In this document: piece by piece, positions 27,127 to 40,332 of the stretch | Layout: each line of letters opens with the position of its first letter | How positions within the stretch are numbered: position 1 is the first letter of the stretch | Assembly: GCA_951406725.2 (NCBI GenBank) | Contig: OX597820.1 | Span: 30,752,001 to 30,816,000, forward strand | Length of the DNA stretch: 64,000 nucleotides | Direction: 5' to 3' | From: Octopus vulgaris | Lineage: Eukaryota | Translations under genes and position numbers: made by a program | Notes under the pieces: generated by a model | Seen by the model: the letters and a program-made list of their open reading frames with translations, nothing else | Told to the model about the DNA's origin: nothing | Databases searched by the model: none

Positions 27127-27559
27127 TGTGTGTATGTGTATATCTCTTATTATAAAAGGCAGATTTTATCTGCCTCCCTTTGGGAGTTATACAAATCTAC
27201 AATATAGGATTTCTTCAATTACAATTTACCTAGCATTTTTAAGAGTACAATGCATCGCGTCATGCCAGGTCCAGTTTTTAAAATTTAAACTCCAGTTAAG
27301 CAAAATTTACAGAAAACTCACATTCTGGTGTGTGTGTCAAATGCTTTTCTTAGTCTGGTTTACACCACATGCAAACACACACACACAGTGGGCAACGAAT
27401 AAAATGAAAGTAAATAGCGACAGAGTGATTTGAGGAAGACTAAAGTGAAAGTATTCTGTCTATGACGCTGATAGATACATGAGTAAAATGTATGGGAAGC
27501 TAAGAGCTAAGAGTGAGTGAAAATGTTCTTGGAAGAGAGTAATTAGTAATAAAGTAAAC

Positions 27560-27573
27560 ATACACTCATACAT

Positions 27574-27606
<33 letters not shown>

Positions 27607-27722
27607 TACATACACACACACATACATACATACACACATACATACATACATACATATACATACATACATACATATACATACATACATACACACACACACA
27701 TACATACACACACACACACAGT
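27560..27722. repeat. Compound (CATA)n/(CA)n microsatellite; long (TA)n tracts also at ~25503-25570 and ~46880-47048
   Basis: Directly visible simple repeats. Confidence 0.95.
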
Positions 27723-27904
27723 ATTGAAGCTTGAGAACAATCAGATACATTTGCAACACATCTGTTGAAAATATTATTGTTCACACACATACATATACAT
27801 ATATACATACAGACAGACAGACAGATAGACACACACACACACACATGATCCAGCATGGCCACAACCTCAAGGCTGAAACATATAAAAGAATAACAGAATA
27901 TAAA

Positions 27905-28262
27905 TGTGTGCAAAGTACAAGAAATATTAATGCAGTATATGGGGATTGGACAATAAGCGTAAGGCAGTGTCAATGGTGGTTCCAGAAATCCCGAGCCATA
28001 AACTACAGCCTAGAAGACGAGCCTCATCCTGAAAGATCTGTAGAACTCGACAAGGATATCCTGAAAACCCTGGTGGAACAAAATATCATCGTAACTGTTG
28101 AGGAACTAGCAGAGAAGCTTGGATTTGGTCATTCAACCATTCATTGACACCTGTGTGCTATCGGAAAAGTCAGCAAATTGGGTCAATGGGTTCCTCACGA
28201 ACTTTCCGAGTCTAATTGCATGCAGAGAGTGAATGTATGCTTTTCTTTGCTGTCATATCTCA
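27905..28262 (+). mobile_element. Mariner relic (transposase N-terminus)
   Basis: Encodes NINAVYG...QWWFQK...LEDEP...TVEELAEKLG...STIH*HL...GKVSKLGQWVPHEL. Confidence 0.85.
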
Positions 28263-28282
28263 CCACTACTGCGCTATGTATA

Positions 28283-28918
28283 TCTATATATATAAAACTG
28301 TAGTTGTGTGAGTGTCTGTCCCCTTCGATTTAGATTCCTAACTACTCCCACATTTTGCGGTACAGTTTAACCAAATTCGGGTAGCTTATAGTCGTGATTC
28401 ATATCGAGCCCGTCTGAATATTAGCGCGCGTCTACGATGAGTCTACGATTTTAAAAATAATTTAACATCATTTTTTATTCCATTTTAATGCATAATTTTT
28501 CGTGTGTCGATGGCGGCGGAGTTGGCGTCCACGCTCACACCTGCACCTGTGGGGAAGGGAGTGTAAGGAAATCAACGTCGTAATGCGTTGTCAAGGAGAC
28601 CAGTGTTCTTTTAGAACAACGACTTCATGGCTTGAAGACACCAAAACAGAAATGGCTAAGAAAGCGTCTACATGAGTCTACGATTTAAAAAAAAATTTAC
28701 CATCGTTTTTTTTCCATTTTAATGCATTTTTTCGCTATTATATAAGGGAAGTAACTCTCTAAAAATGTCTACGATGAGTCAACGATTTAAAAAAAATTTA
28801 CCATCATATTTTTTCCATTTTTAATGCACTTTTTGCTATTTTTTGGCTATAACTCTCTAAAAATGCTTATATAGTTATTTCCCTTACAAACCCGAGCAAC
28901 GCCGGGCGATACTGCTAG
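28283..28918 (+). mobile_element. Non-autonomous Helitron
   Basis: Starts A|TCTATATATATAAA. Ends with the hairpin CCCGAGCAACGCCGGG then CGATACTG-CTAG|T. No TSD; internal GTCTACGAT repeats. Confidence 0.85.
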
Positions 28919-29461
28919 TATATATATAACTGGCTTCCGTACTGGTAGCACGTAAAAAGCACCATTCAAGCGTGATCGTTTCCTGCGTCGCCTTACTGGC
29001 ACTTGTGCTGGTGGCACATGAAAAAACATTCGAGTGAGGTCATTGCCAGTGCCACTGGACTGGCTCCTGTGCAGGTGGCACATAAAAAGCACCATTTGAG
29101 CGTGGCCATTGCCAGTACCGCCTGACTGGCCCTCGTGCCGGTGGCACATAAAAGCACCCACTACCAGCTGTAGAAACACTGCCAGATCAGATTGGAGTCT
29201 GGTGCAGCCATCTGGTTCGCTAGACCTCAGTCAAATCGTCCAACCCATGCCAGCATGGAAAGCAGACGTAAAACGATGATGATGATGATGATGATGATAT
29301 AAATATATATATATAACATGCACCAGACAGAACACCTCCAAGATCAAGTCATTCTTCCAGCTCAGTGCAGTCTGGCTATTTACCATTAAGGTAACATTGT
29401 GCACACCCTGGAAGTGCTGCCTTAAATCAACCAAAATATCTTCAAAATTAAAGTTATTTAC

Positions 29462-29600
29462 CTGATTGATGTTACAATTGTTGAATGGGACAGGCAGCGG
29501 GTCATTCTGTGTTCTGATCTGTATGTCGTGTACAACAGTTCTCGGTCATCTGAGCCTGATATAATGGTGAAGGAGGTAGTCTTGCCATTTTTCAGATTAG
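29462..29600 (-). CDS. F-box/WD40 protein, exon 3 (not in ORF track)
   Basis: Acceptor aacag|CT, donor AG|GTAAAT. 139 nt, phase 1/2. Encodes SNLKNGKTTSFTIISGSDDRELLYTTYRSEHRMTRCLSHSTIVTSI, with the WD40-like IISGSDD. Confidence 0.82.
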
Positions 29601-29702
29601 CTGTTCATTACGACGAAAACAAGAATAAAATGAGACTATAATTAGAAACAGAAAAAGACATATATGAAATTTCAACAACAGTTTGCAGATAGAAAACATT
29701 AT

Positions 29703-30091
29703 GGATGGAAGCACTCCGTCGGTTACGACGATGAGGGTTCCGGTTGATCCGAATCAACGGAACAGTCTGCTCATGAAATTAACGTGTAAGTGGCTGAGCA
29801 CTCCACAGACACGTGCACCCTTAACATAGTTCTCGGGGATATTCAGCGTGACACAGAGAGTGACAAGGCCGGCCCCTTGAAATACAGGTACAACAGAAAC
29901 AGGAAGTAAGAGTGAGAGAAAGTTGTGGTGAAAGAGTACAGCAGGGATCACCACCATCCCCTGCCGGAGCCTCGTGGAGCTTTTAGGTGTTTTCGCTCAA
30001 TAAACACTCACAACGCCCGGTCTGGGAATCGAAACCGCGATCCTATGACCGCGAGTCCGCTGCCCTAACCACTGGGCCATTGCGCCTCCAC
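29703..30091 (-). mobile_element. tRNA-derived SINE (Arg-like head), tail type 1, with a 12-bp TSD
   Basis: Minus-strand head GGAGGCGCAATGGCCCAGTGGTTAGGGCAGCGGACTCGCGGTC...GGTTTCGATTCCC. AGAAAACATTAT is duplicated at 29691..29702 and 30092..30103. Confidence 0.88.
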
Positions 30092-31354
30092 AGAAAACAT
30101 TATATGCAATGATGGCTATAGGCTATGAACTACCCAGCCATTATATGAGAAGATGTCTATAGGCTAGGAACTATCCAGTAAGTTCTGTCTTTTAGGATTA
30201 CTTGCTGAAGACAATGATCTACTTTGATAACAAATATGGTCTGAACATTTTCAGATGCAGTCGGCAGGTCATATCTGTTCTTGCAGTCACTGTCAGTAGG
30301 CGTCCCTCCTCAATCTCAGATGAGGGCTGATGGTGGGAAGACTGAACTGAAGATTATCTGCCTCCATGAACTCCATCTGACCATACAAGTATACACACAC
30401 ACACTCATTTGCTTTGTATTCTACACATGCTAGCCTTCCCGAGGTTGATGCTCCGCATGCACTACACTGGTTACTGGAGTTGAGTGTGGAATTAACTGCT
30501 GAGCCCAATCTTTGATCATGTGTCATGCTTCACAGCCCATATATATATATATATATAAGTGGACTTTAAAACGATGATAATACTAGCAGAGAAAAAGTGA
30601 AGACATGAAGAACCAGCATTTCATGAAGGAAACTCCTTGCATTGGATCAGACACACCATCATTCTTGTCATCAGGAATGTAGTAAACCAGTGATTGACTT
30701 GTACCAATGCCATTGTTCACAAATTGTGGTTCAAGATAATAAATACAACAGGTGTACATACGCGTCCACATGTAACAACTTGCTTGTATGCTTGAATGTA
30801 TACATATGCAGGCACAATCGCATACAAATGCATGCAAAAATATGCACAATACATATTTTAAAGGCTTATTTACTGCTTACCTCCTCTACATATTACATGT
30901 ACAGTTCATGCAGTTTTGGTTACTTTTTCTGATGAATTGCAATGCACCTGAACATTGTACCCAATGAATTAATATTATTATTAGAATACATACATACATA
31001 TGTACACACAAACACACATCTGTGAATACACAAGTACACATGCATTCTGGTGTGCACACATGCACACAAACAGACAAAAGGAACACAACTCTGATAATGG
31101 ACAGAGTCAACATCCATTGACAAGGTTGCAAAAGCAACAAAAATTTTGGAAAAGAAAAAAATATAAACAATAAATGAGTGGAAATTGAACCAGTGAATGT
31201 GTTAGATATTAAGGCAGTATACCTCTACCCAGGCACAACAAAAAATGTTATATAGATATGTACAAATGTATACATATACATATGCATGCACACACAAACA
31301 CACACTAACTTTCATGAGCACATGTATAGAAAAGAAATGAGTGATTATAATATG

Positions 31355-32290
31355 GGATGAAGTGTAGACCAAGGTTGGGCATGTGGTATGCAGAGTGCCA
31401 TCAGGCACTCTTGCTTCTCTCCCAGTCAGGTAATGCTGGTGGTTGGGGTACTACCTTGTTCTTCTATAGAGGGTTAGTAGAGTTTAAGTGTAACGACGTC
31501 CTGGGAGAAACCCTAGGCTTCGACAAAGATCAACTGGCCAACCTGTTCTAAAGAACATTCGGGCCGGGGCCTATGGATAATTACCAAAAGTCCCTGGCCT
31601 GGCAATGTTACAGCGGAGCTTTACCAGTTCGAGATAAGCTCTTTAGACATGGGTGTGCGCCTTCGCCGGTTTGTGCAAGATGCGAGCGGGACAGTGAAAC
31701 TGTCCTGCATGTGATTGTGCAATGCCCCAAGGTAACTGAGCTCTGGGCTTATGTCGAACACCTGCTGTCGCATTCGAGAAGAGTACAACTGTTGAGCAAA
31801 TCTGTAATTAAGATTGTTCCGCCAACCTCCCTGAATAGGGAGGAGCGAGCCTGTTTTCTCTTGGTAGTTACTGTAGTGAAAGAGGTAGTATAGAAGACGA
31901 GAGTGAAAGGAATTGCAACAGGCATGTTCATCTCCAGTCTCGAGCTAATCGACTTTTTCATTTTCCACATGAAATGGAAAATAAGGCTGGAGAAGAAATG
32001 CCTGTTGCAAAGTGTGTTTCTATAGCAAATATGTTGCAAGTGAAAGAACCTGTTTAAACGAGAATATAAGAGAAAGCAAAGACTTCAGTGTGAGTATGTG
32101 GTTTGTGGGGTCGACCGCGTCCTCCACCTCATTTTTTGTAACTCACTCATTCTCATTTAATTGTATATATATTAATTGTTTGTTTATTCATACATTTACT
32201 CTCATTCGATACCCTGACCCCAATGTTTGCTTTATCTGTCCTCGTATCGTCCCCTCTTTTTCTCAACCTCATGGTTAATAAAGAAATTGA
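31355..32290 (+). mobile_element. L1/Tx1-type LINE ORF2 C-terminal relic
   Basis: zf-RVT-like LPVRDKL...CARCERDSETVLHVIVQCP...W. Followed by a pyrimidine-rich 3' UTR ending AATAAAGAAA. Confidence 0.75.
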
Positions 32291-35200
32291 CTGTCTCCAA
32301 AAATTTATGTTCAAAGTAATTGATTGTATAGGCGAGTCGCAGTTTTTAATTCCACATAGCTGGATGTTAGTAATATATACCAGGCCATCAGGGGAAAACA
32401 GCCCAAGATAGATTGCTGCCCTAGATGTTGCTTCCATATTCTAGCTAAGCATTAGCTTTTATAGAATCCTCAAAACTTAGAAGATACATTACACACACTT
32501 TCTCACTAGTGTGTAAATGTAAATACATACAGTCAAGCACTTAGCAGGCATTCACGTGAATGGACATGGGAAAATTAATAGTTTAACTCACACTGCCAAA
32601 ATGTGCAAGAGGAAATGTGAGAAACTAAAACATAAAGCACAAAAGAGGAAAGCTGAGAGGTCACCACAGTAATGTAAAATTTCAGTTTAATTGCTGTTAT
32701 TATTATAAATAATCCTTTATGAGTGCAATAATTTTTCCTCCTGTTTCTATGCACCTGTGTGAATGTATACACACATGTACAACTAAATTTTAGGTAACCA
32801 AGGATCCAAGACCTTTAATCTGGACAAAATTACAAGAGGACACTTGAATTTCCTGTGCCCATTTTTAATAATCTTTATGCTATCAAGGCTTTACAACACA
32901 CACTTTTATATTCTTTAACATACTAAGAAAAGTTTGGTATTGAAAATGTTCGTAAAAACAGTGACAGTCTGCTTGTAACATACACTAAGCCATAATGTCT
33001 TCTGTTAATCCAGCAAAATGGATAATCTGTCACAGGTCCAGAACCAAAAGTGCTAGAAAATTGGTGTGCATGTGTGAATGTCTGTAAATATTAGACACAC
33101 ATCTACTTTTCTACTATTAGTGACACAAGCAATATTAGCACTGAAAAGCAATCTGTATATCTTACTTAATGTGGATATACAATAGAAAGCGCAACAATAG
33201 TGTGGCATTCATCTTGTGAAAGCATTTCATATAGACATATAGTGCTAAAAAGCAGAAGTATAAGTAGCAGATGAAAAATGACCAATACCGGTGGTGGAAT
33301 TATGAGATCACATGATTTCTGTGTACAAAATCACCAAAGGCTTAGACAAATTTTCCCTGTACTGAGGTCTCTCTCTTTCTCTCTCTCTCTCTCTCGCACA
33401 CACACGATAAACCAACACATGCCAGCATGTAACAGACATTAAATTTTAATGATGGGGATTGTGTGGTTAAGAGATTTGCTTCAAAATCACATGGTTAGGG
33501 ATTCATTCCCAGTACATGTATCTTGCTGGTTTGCATTCTATACAACAGTCCCAAACTTTATAGAATCTTTCTCACCACTTCGCCCCACATCTTTCTGGGT
33601 CTACTCCTTCTATATGTTCCCTCTACAATTAGAGATCAGCACCTCTTGATGCCACTGTCTTCATTCATATGCATTACATGGCCATACCAGTGCAGTCTTC
33701 TCTCTTGCACACTACATCCGATGCTACGTATATACAGTTTTCCCCACAAATCACTTACACTGTCATATATGCACACTGATACTCCCCCACACTCACACAC
33801 ATATTACACACACACATGTATACAAGTTCCAGTATTAGTAAAGTTTACCTATAATTTTTATTATCACTAAATAAGACGTACACATATGTTCATGCATATT
33901 CATGAACACACGATAGATTCAAAACACACACACATACAGAGGCACACATTTTTCGTCAGCTGAGAATAATTTTTTTGTGAAGTATTCCCAGTTAACAGAA
34001 GATTATAAATAAAGGATTATATGTGCTCTATTATACATATTAATTTGTTTTTTTCATCTTTTTTTTTCCTGTTTGAAGCATCAAGCGCACTTTTATATAA
34101 ATAGATTGTGTGCACCACATGCAAAAGGATTGAGACAGGTGAGGAAATTCTGTGAATCTAATCCGACCAGTTTAAGCATTAGTGATGATGATGATGATGA
34201 TGATGATACATAAAATACCTTTTAAAAAAAAGCTGTTTGACATCTATACACACAGCTGTAGGATTGTCAAAGAGAGACATAGTTAATAGTAATGTGAAAG
34301 CACGTAGCCCACCTGAATTAGCAGGTTATGCTTTTTCTTGTTGTTGTGGTGGTAGCTAGTTTTATATTGTATCGTTTGGTTCAGATACCTTTGAAAAAAA
34401 ATCGGTCATAATTTTAGTGTAACTAAGACAAGTAACCTGTTATAATAAAACCTACTTCAAGCTATCATCACTAAAATTTAAACATGTATTCATTCATGCT
34501 GGCAAGATTTAAAGCTTTAGACAGGTCTTCAATAGAACATCCCACAAAATTGTTTTTGTTTTTTATCACTTACTTAAAGAGAAAAGAGAGGTCCTATGAC
34601 TCTTAGCAGTCTCCAAGGCTAATGGATGGAAGGCATTTTCAAATCAGAGACTTGGTTTAAATGCTTACATCAAAGCGGATTCCATTAAAGTAGTGGTTCC
34701 CAACCTGTGGTACGCATACCACTAGTGGTACACGAGGGCTTTCCAGGTGGTACGCGAGAACTTTCAGGGTAATATGTGATTTTTAGTTTGTGCCATTTCC
34801 AATATTCTGCCAGCATGTGATTAATGTTTTCCAAATTAATCAACTCGTAATCAGTACTTTTCGATTACTGGCATACCATTGGTTACCTTTTATTCACTCT
34901 CTGTATAGTGATCAGTGCTGTCCAACCAATGCACGTGACCTTGAGGGGCACACACATAAAATGCACATATAAAATGCACCATGTGCTCGTTAATAAATGA
35001 GTTGAAGGTCAATCTTTGCCACGTGGCTTCACTCTGCACGCTTTAGCTTCGTTACTATGACAACAGTCCAGATACTTATTGATCGAACTTTGTATGTTAA
35101 TTTTCTGAATTTTATCAATAAAATCACATAATCACAATCCACTCCACTGAAAACCTATCACCACACAATTTCATTAAAATAATTTTTTGTTTTCAATAAG

Positions 35201-35405
35201 TTAAAAGAGACTTGTCCTGCACCTCCTATGTTAAGTCTCTTTCTCTCTCTCAATCCCTCTTTTACTCTCTCCTCCTCCTCCCCTTTCCATACAATGTAAA
35301 GTGTAACTGGAGAAATCAATCAATGTTTAAATTGGCTATTATTATATGGAGATTTCCTAGAGGAAAAAAAAAACAACAAACAAACAAACAAACAAAAAAA
35401 CTTAC

Positions 35406-35537
35406 AAAAATCTAGGACAGCGAGAGCGGTCACTGCACTTCGGTGCCGATGGAGTAATGAATTGGTCTGATGTTTCATTCCAGCATTCTCCCAACAAATC
35501 ACACTACCATTCTCATGGCCAGTCAGTAACAGATTAC
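35406..35537 (-). CDS. F-box/WD40 protein, exon 2
   Basis: Acceptor ctctttag|GT, donor T|GTAAG. 132 nt, phase 1/1. Encodes NLLLTGHENGSVICWEN...HRSAVTALAVLDF (WD40-like). Confidence 0.85.
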
Positions 35538-35887
35538 CTAAAGAGAAACACAAAATTACATTCACAAAAGGAATTCTTTACATTATTGAATGCTGAAAAA
35601 CAGGCAACTCGGATTACAAAATAAAAAAGAGATTAAATAAAACAGATGCATGGGGGTGGAGGATTTTTTTTAAATAATGAAGATGAACAAGACTAGAAAA
35701 CTGATCTGTTGAACAATTATAGAAAACTGACACATTGAAGTAAATACAAAAATCAATCAAAGGTTGATAGGCTTGCAGAGTCTAGAGTATCAGAAAAAGG
35801 CACTGTGCTATTTGGTTAAGATACTTTATATTTGGAGTTCAAATCCTGCTCAATTCTTTTTAACTTTCCACCCACCCAAAATAATTA

Positions 35888-36433
35888 CAGTAATACTTCA
35901 CTATACGAGGACCTGCTTTACGAGACCCTGGGTTTATGAGTTTTATTTTTCAAGCACAAGGTCCAAATTTTGAAGGAAGTGCAAAAGTTTCTACTGCCAT
36001 AACAAATGCTTCTGCATGTTACTGAGAAATTCATAGAGAGCGAAAAAACAGCTTCTAAGCAAACAACTCTAGACTTGTTTGTTAAAAAGAAATCAAGTCT
36101 GTCTACAAATGCAAATGAATCGACAATTGCATCTATAAGTGATAGTGTGTGTGAATCTAGTGCAAGTGATTCAGAAACCGATTATAATAATAATTTTTAT
36201 TATAAATGATTTTGACATTCCTTTTACTTCACACAAAATATTCTTTATATTCTACAATTGTTTTATTGGCATTTATTTTCGAGTATTATAAATTTTAGAG
36301 GTAAAATATTTTTCTGGGAATGAATTATGATTTATAACATTGCTACTATGGGAAATTATTGCTCTGCTTTACAAGTTTTCGCTTTACAAGCGGTCTCTGG
36401 GAACAAATTTACTTGTATATCATGGCATTACTG
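35888..36433 (+). mobile_element. pogo/Tigger-like deletion derivative
   Basis: TA|CAGTAATAC ... GCATTACTG|TA. Internal KQTTLDLFVKK resembles pogo transposase C-termini. Confidence 0.6.
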
Positions 36434-39400
36434 TATCAGTAAAATAAACATTGGGACCAGTGTATCCAACTGTATAACATGTCCCCACCACTCACTCAAG
36501 CATGAAAACACCTTTGGTTTTATAATATAAATTACCTATTTTAAAGTGAGCCAAATAAAAACCTTCCATCAAAATTACATGTAAATTTATATTCTCAACA
36601 ACAGCTTAATAAGAGCTAAGTTGTTTTCTTAAAATTTATGTGCAATAAATTGCTTATACTTTACAATACACAAAGTATTTTAACTTTTTTTTTTATACAA
36701 TTCATAATAATATTTAATTATAAAAATACAGAAGAATTTTTTTATATATATCCACCAAATGTTTACGGGGACTTAGGAGATAGGAATCAAAGGAGGTCCA
36801 CAGGCAAAAAATGATTGAGAACCACAGCTCTAAGTGGTCACTTCAATTGCTAGAAATAACAGATATTCTTCATATTACAGTCAACAGTCTTTAAAAAAAG
36901 GTTATATATAGCATAATCCAATATACACCATATATGAGAAAAATAAATAAAATAAAAAAGACAGGATAATCACTGCTGGATTGTCTTTCCTTCTTGGTTT
37001 GCTGGATTAAAACTGACCTGGGGTCAAACAACAGTTAGTGTTTACTTTGAGGACCTCTGATAGCTGAAAGATACATTATGTCTGGAGGAAAAATGCAGGA
37101 GTGCTTTTGATGGTAGATTTGCATGATTAGGATTAACCTGAATTTAAGCCTTTTACCATTTAGTCCAGCCATGTCTGACCCCAAAAATCTACGTGTTTTA
37201 TGTTCAAACTGACCATGTCCAGCTTCTCACACCTACACTACAATGCCAGTGTAAAATTAAACAATCGTATCAATGAAGTCTCGAATCCATAAGACAATGC
37301 ATAATTAATTCAAAACAATGTGAATAAACAAGCATCATATTTGATAGAGAAAACAGTTACTACTAATATTTGTCAACAGAATATGAGCTTACTGCCAAGA
37401 TGTATCTATTACAGAAATATTCTCATCATAAACTGTCCCCAATCACAGGATTAACTTTTCTACTAATACTATAAGTGGCATCTAATCTCTAGATTTTGAT
37501 AATGTTATGCTACCATTCTACTTTAACATATAGGTCACAAACATCCATTGAACATATTTACATCTTAAAACTATAACATATAGATATTACTAACATGCAC
37601 ACACACCTTTCGTAAATGTCTTCTAAATACATCTACATCACAACCCTAAAGCCATCAGTAACATATCAACGTTATAGACATATGCCTGCCCTGACCAGCT
37701 CCCAAACACACCTCACAACCCTTCCTCACATCTGTCACAACGTCTGCAGTACAACTTTCTCCCCCAGCATCTGTCACAACCATGTCTCTCACATTTATGT
37801 TCAAACGTTCCTCACGTATCAGTCACATCCAATATTAATTGCCATAGCCATCTCAACATGTCCATCGCACATATTTATACAATGGATTCCACTTAATTGT
37901 TTATGCGAATGACATTTTCAGTTAACTGCATGAAAGCTTTTCACTTTTTAATAAAGAAGTGGCCTAATCTGGCGTAAAACCAAGCATTTGATTTGATCTC
38001 AATTAAGCAATTCTGGAAGATCCCATTTTCATGATGAGTTAAAATGGCAGTAGTCAGTATTTTAATGTTACAAGAATCAAATTACACAAACTCTTAACAT
38101 TTCAATGAAAGAAAAACTGTCAAAGTTTTGACTGCTCTGTATTTTTACTGTATGTAATTCATCATCATCAATTAATATCCATTTTCCATGCTGGTATGGA
38201 TTGGACAGTTTGACAGGAGCTGACCAGCTGAAGAAATGCCCAGGCTCCATGTCTGTTTTGGCATGGTTTCTACAGCTGGATGCCCTTCCTAATGCAAATC
38301 ACTTAATAGAGTGTACTGTCACAAAGCAACAGCATGGGTGCTTTTTATGTGGCATCAGCACTCATGAGCCTGCAAGATTAGGAATACTTGGATGGAGAGG
38401 GATGCCAGGGACAAGCCTGTATGCAAGGGCATGTAAAAAAAATTGTTTTATTGCAGATAAAATTTTTGAAAAAAGACATACTTCAATCAAGCAGTGAATG
38501 GATGTTGTTTTCACTGACCACAATTAACACGATTCACCTAATTAACTTGTCTTAATCAACAACGTGTAATTCAAACTGTGTGGAAATCATTACCATGACA
38601 TATATATCTGGCTACACTGAGCAATTGAAGAATACTAAATGGAATGGGAAAACCTCATAGAGGATAAATGAATCGTCATAGTGATACATCATGGTCGTCA
38701 TTTTAATTACTTGAACTCAAATATAAGTAAATTACATCTACACAAAATAAACCATAAAATATAAAAAAACTATTTCTTGTTATAATTTTATTATCCATAC
38801 ATGTATGATTATAACCACAACACCTTACTATCATCTGTTATCAGTAATTTATCTTCATCCACATTACACAACTGCAGTCTCTTAGTTTATTGTAGACTAA
38901 GCGAATTTGGCTAATTCATTTTTACATTTATTTGTTTCAGCCAGAAGTTGTGATCATAATGGGGCGCCACCCTTTTTAAAAGTTATTTGGGTCAGTGTCC
39001 AATTGTATCAAACAAGCTGCTAACCGACAACTATTCATAGACACAGTCCCACAACTGCTGCTCTTTTGCATACTGTGTTTCCACCCAGAGTCAAATTGAC
39101 CTTCTTTTGGCAACTTTGTCATGGTGAGCTTCCTCACCAGCAACACACTGAAGCCAAGGAATCACCTTGCTTCTTTTCTCTTTTAATAATGCTTGTTCTT
39201 GTTCGTGTCTCAACCATGGCTGCCTCTGAGTAGTTATTTGTGTTGTTGTTTACTTTGTAAAACAGTAAGGGGAGAGGGTTGCTCACACATCACCCTCTAC
39301 CCACGTTTTTCCCATCCACATCTTTACCATATGGGGCCCTAACAAAATCCGATTATAAGTATAGATGCAAATCTATCTAATTACTGGTCTCCTAAAATCA

Positions 39401-39806
39401 GGCGTAACTTGGCGATCGGTCGACTTACAACATTGTTCCTCATCTTGAGTTTACTTGGTAGTGTTTTACCAAGAGATTGGTTGTTTTTAACACATTCATG
39501 AATGTTATGTTGGGCTTTGCATCTAGGCATAATCTGAGAGCTGAACAGCACCTTTCCTTTCACACTTTTCATACAATCTTTCAACAGTCTGCCAGCACCA
39601 ATGCAGCTTCTGCCACCACCAACCACCTTTCTCCTGGATGCTGCAGTTGGTTGCACACCAATTGCCAACCTTTGTTAACTTGACAACAAGGTGAAGGTGA
39701 GCTCTGGTTGGCTGTATGCAAATGAGTTCATTACTGGGGTCTGGAACTCTCATGGGAAAAAACATTTTGTGTCCAGCCCAGCACATTGCAGCTGATTCCT
39801 CTAACA

Positions 39807-40121
39807 CTGTGGTTCTCAACTGGAGTCCATATGAGATTTTTGAGGGTCCACATAACAAAATTGTAAACTGGGGATTCACAATAGTATTTTAAGGGCCCCT
39901 GAAAAAATTTTGCTTTAGATGTATGTATTATAAGAAACAGCTAGATTACTTTCTCTAACATTTTACCTACACAAGTTAATGTGTGAAAAACAAAATAGGA
40001 ACTTTGAAAGAAGTTTCTATAAAACTAGTTTTTAAACGTTGAATGCCTATGAGGGTCCACTAGAATAAAATGGTAATCAATGAGGTCCGTAGATAAAAAG
40101 TATTATAGACGAGAATCCCTG
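39807..40121. mobile_element. hAT (Charlie-like) MITE with 8-bp TSD; related relics at ~4405-4657, ~34690-35100 and ~36640-36830
   Basis: CTCTAACA on both sides. Ends CTGTGGTTCTCAAC / GAGAATCCCTG. Confidence 0.75.
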
Positions 40122-40332
40122 CTCTAACACAATGCTCTTAGGAAAACAAAAATGTCACACAATCACAATTTAGATAATGACAACCCTTCTAACAGGTATT
40201 TCAATTGTTTCCTCAGGCATAACACCTCCAATGATGATGTTTACTTTAGGGTAGCCCTGATCAAAAGTGTTCCAGGGTATAACCATCTATTTGTTTTTCC
40301 AGACAGTTTATTATGCATTATTCCTTTTTATA

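Noticed and set aside
30015-30090. tRNA-Arg-like sequence (and other tRNA-like heads)
   Set aside because: It continues into a SINE body with a TSD and has no proper acceptor stem, so it is a SINE head rather than a tRNA gene.
30196-30330. Plus-strand exon-like segment DYLLKTMIYFDNKYG
   Set aside because: No partner exons or reliable similarity; it runs into decayed repeat sequence.
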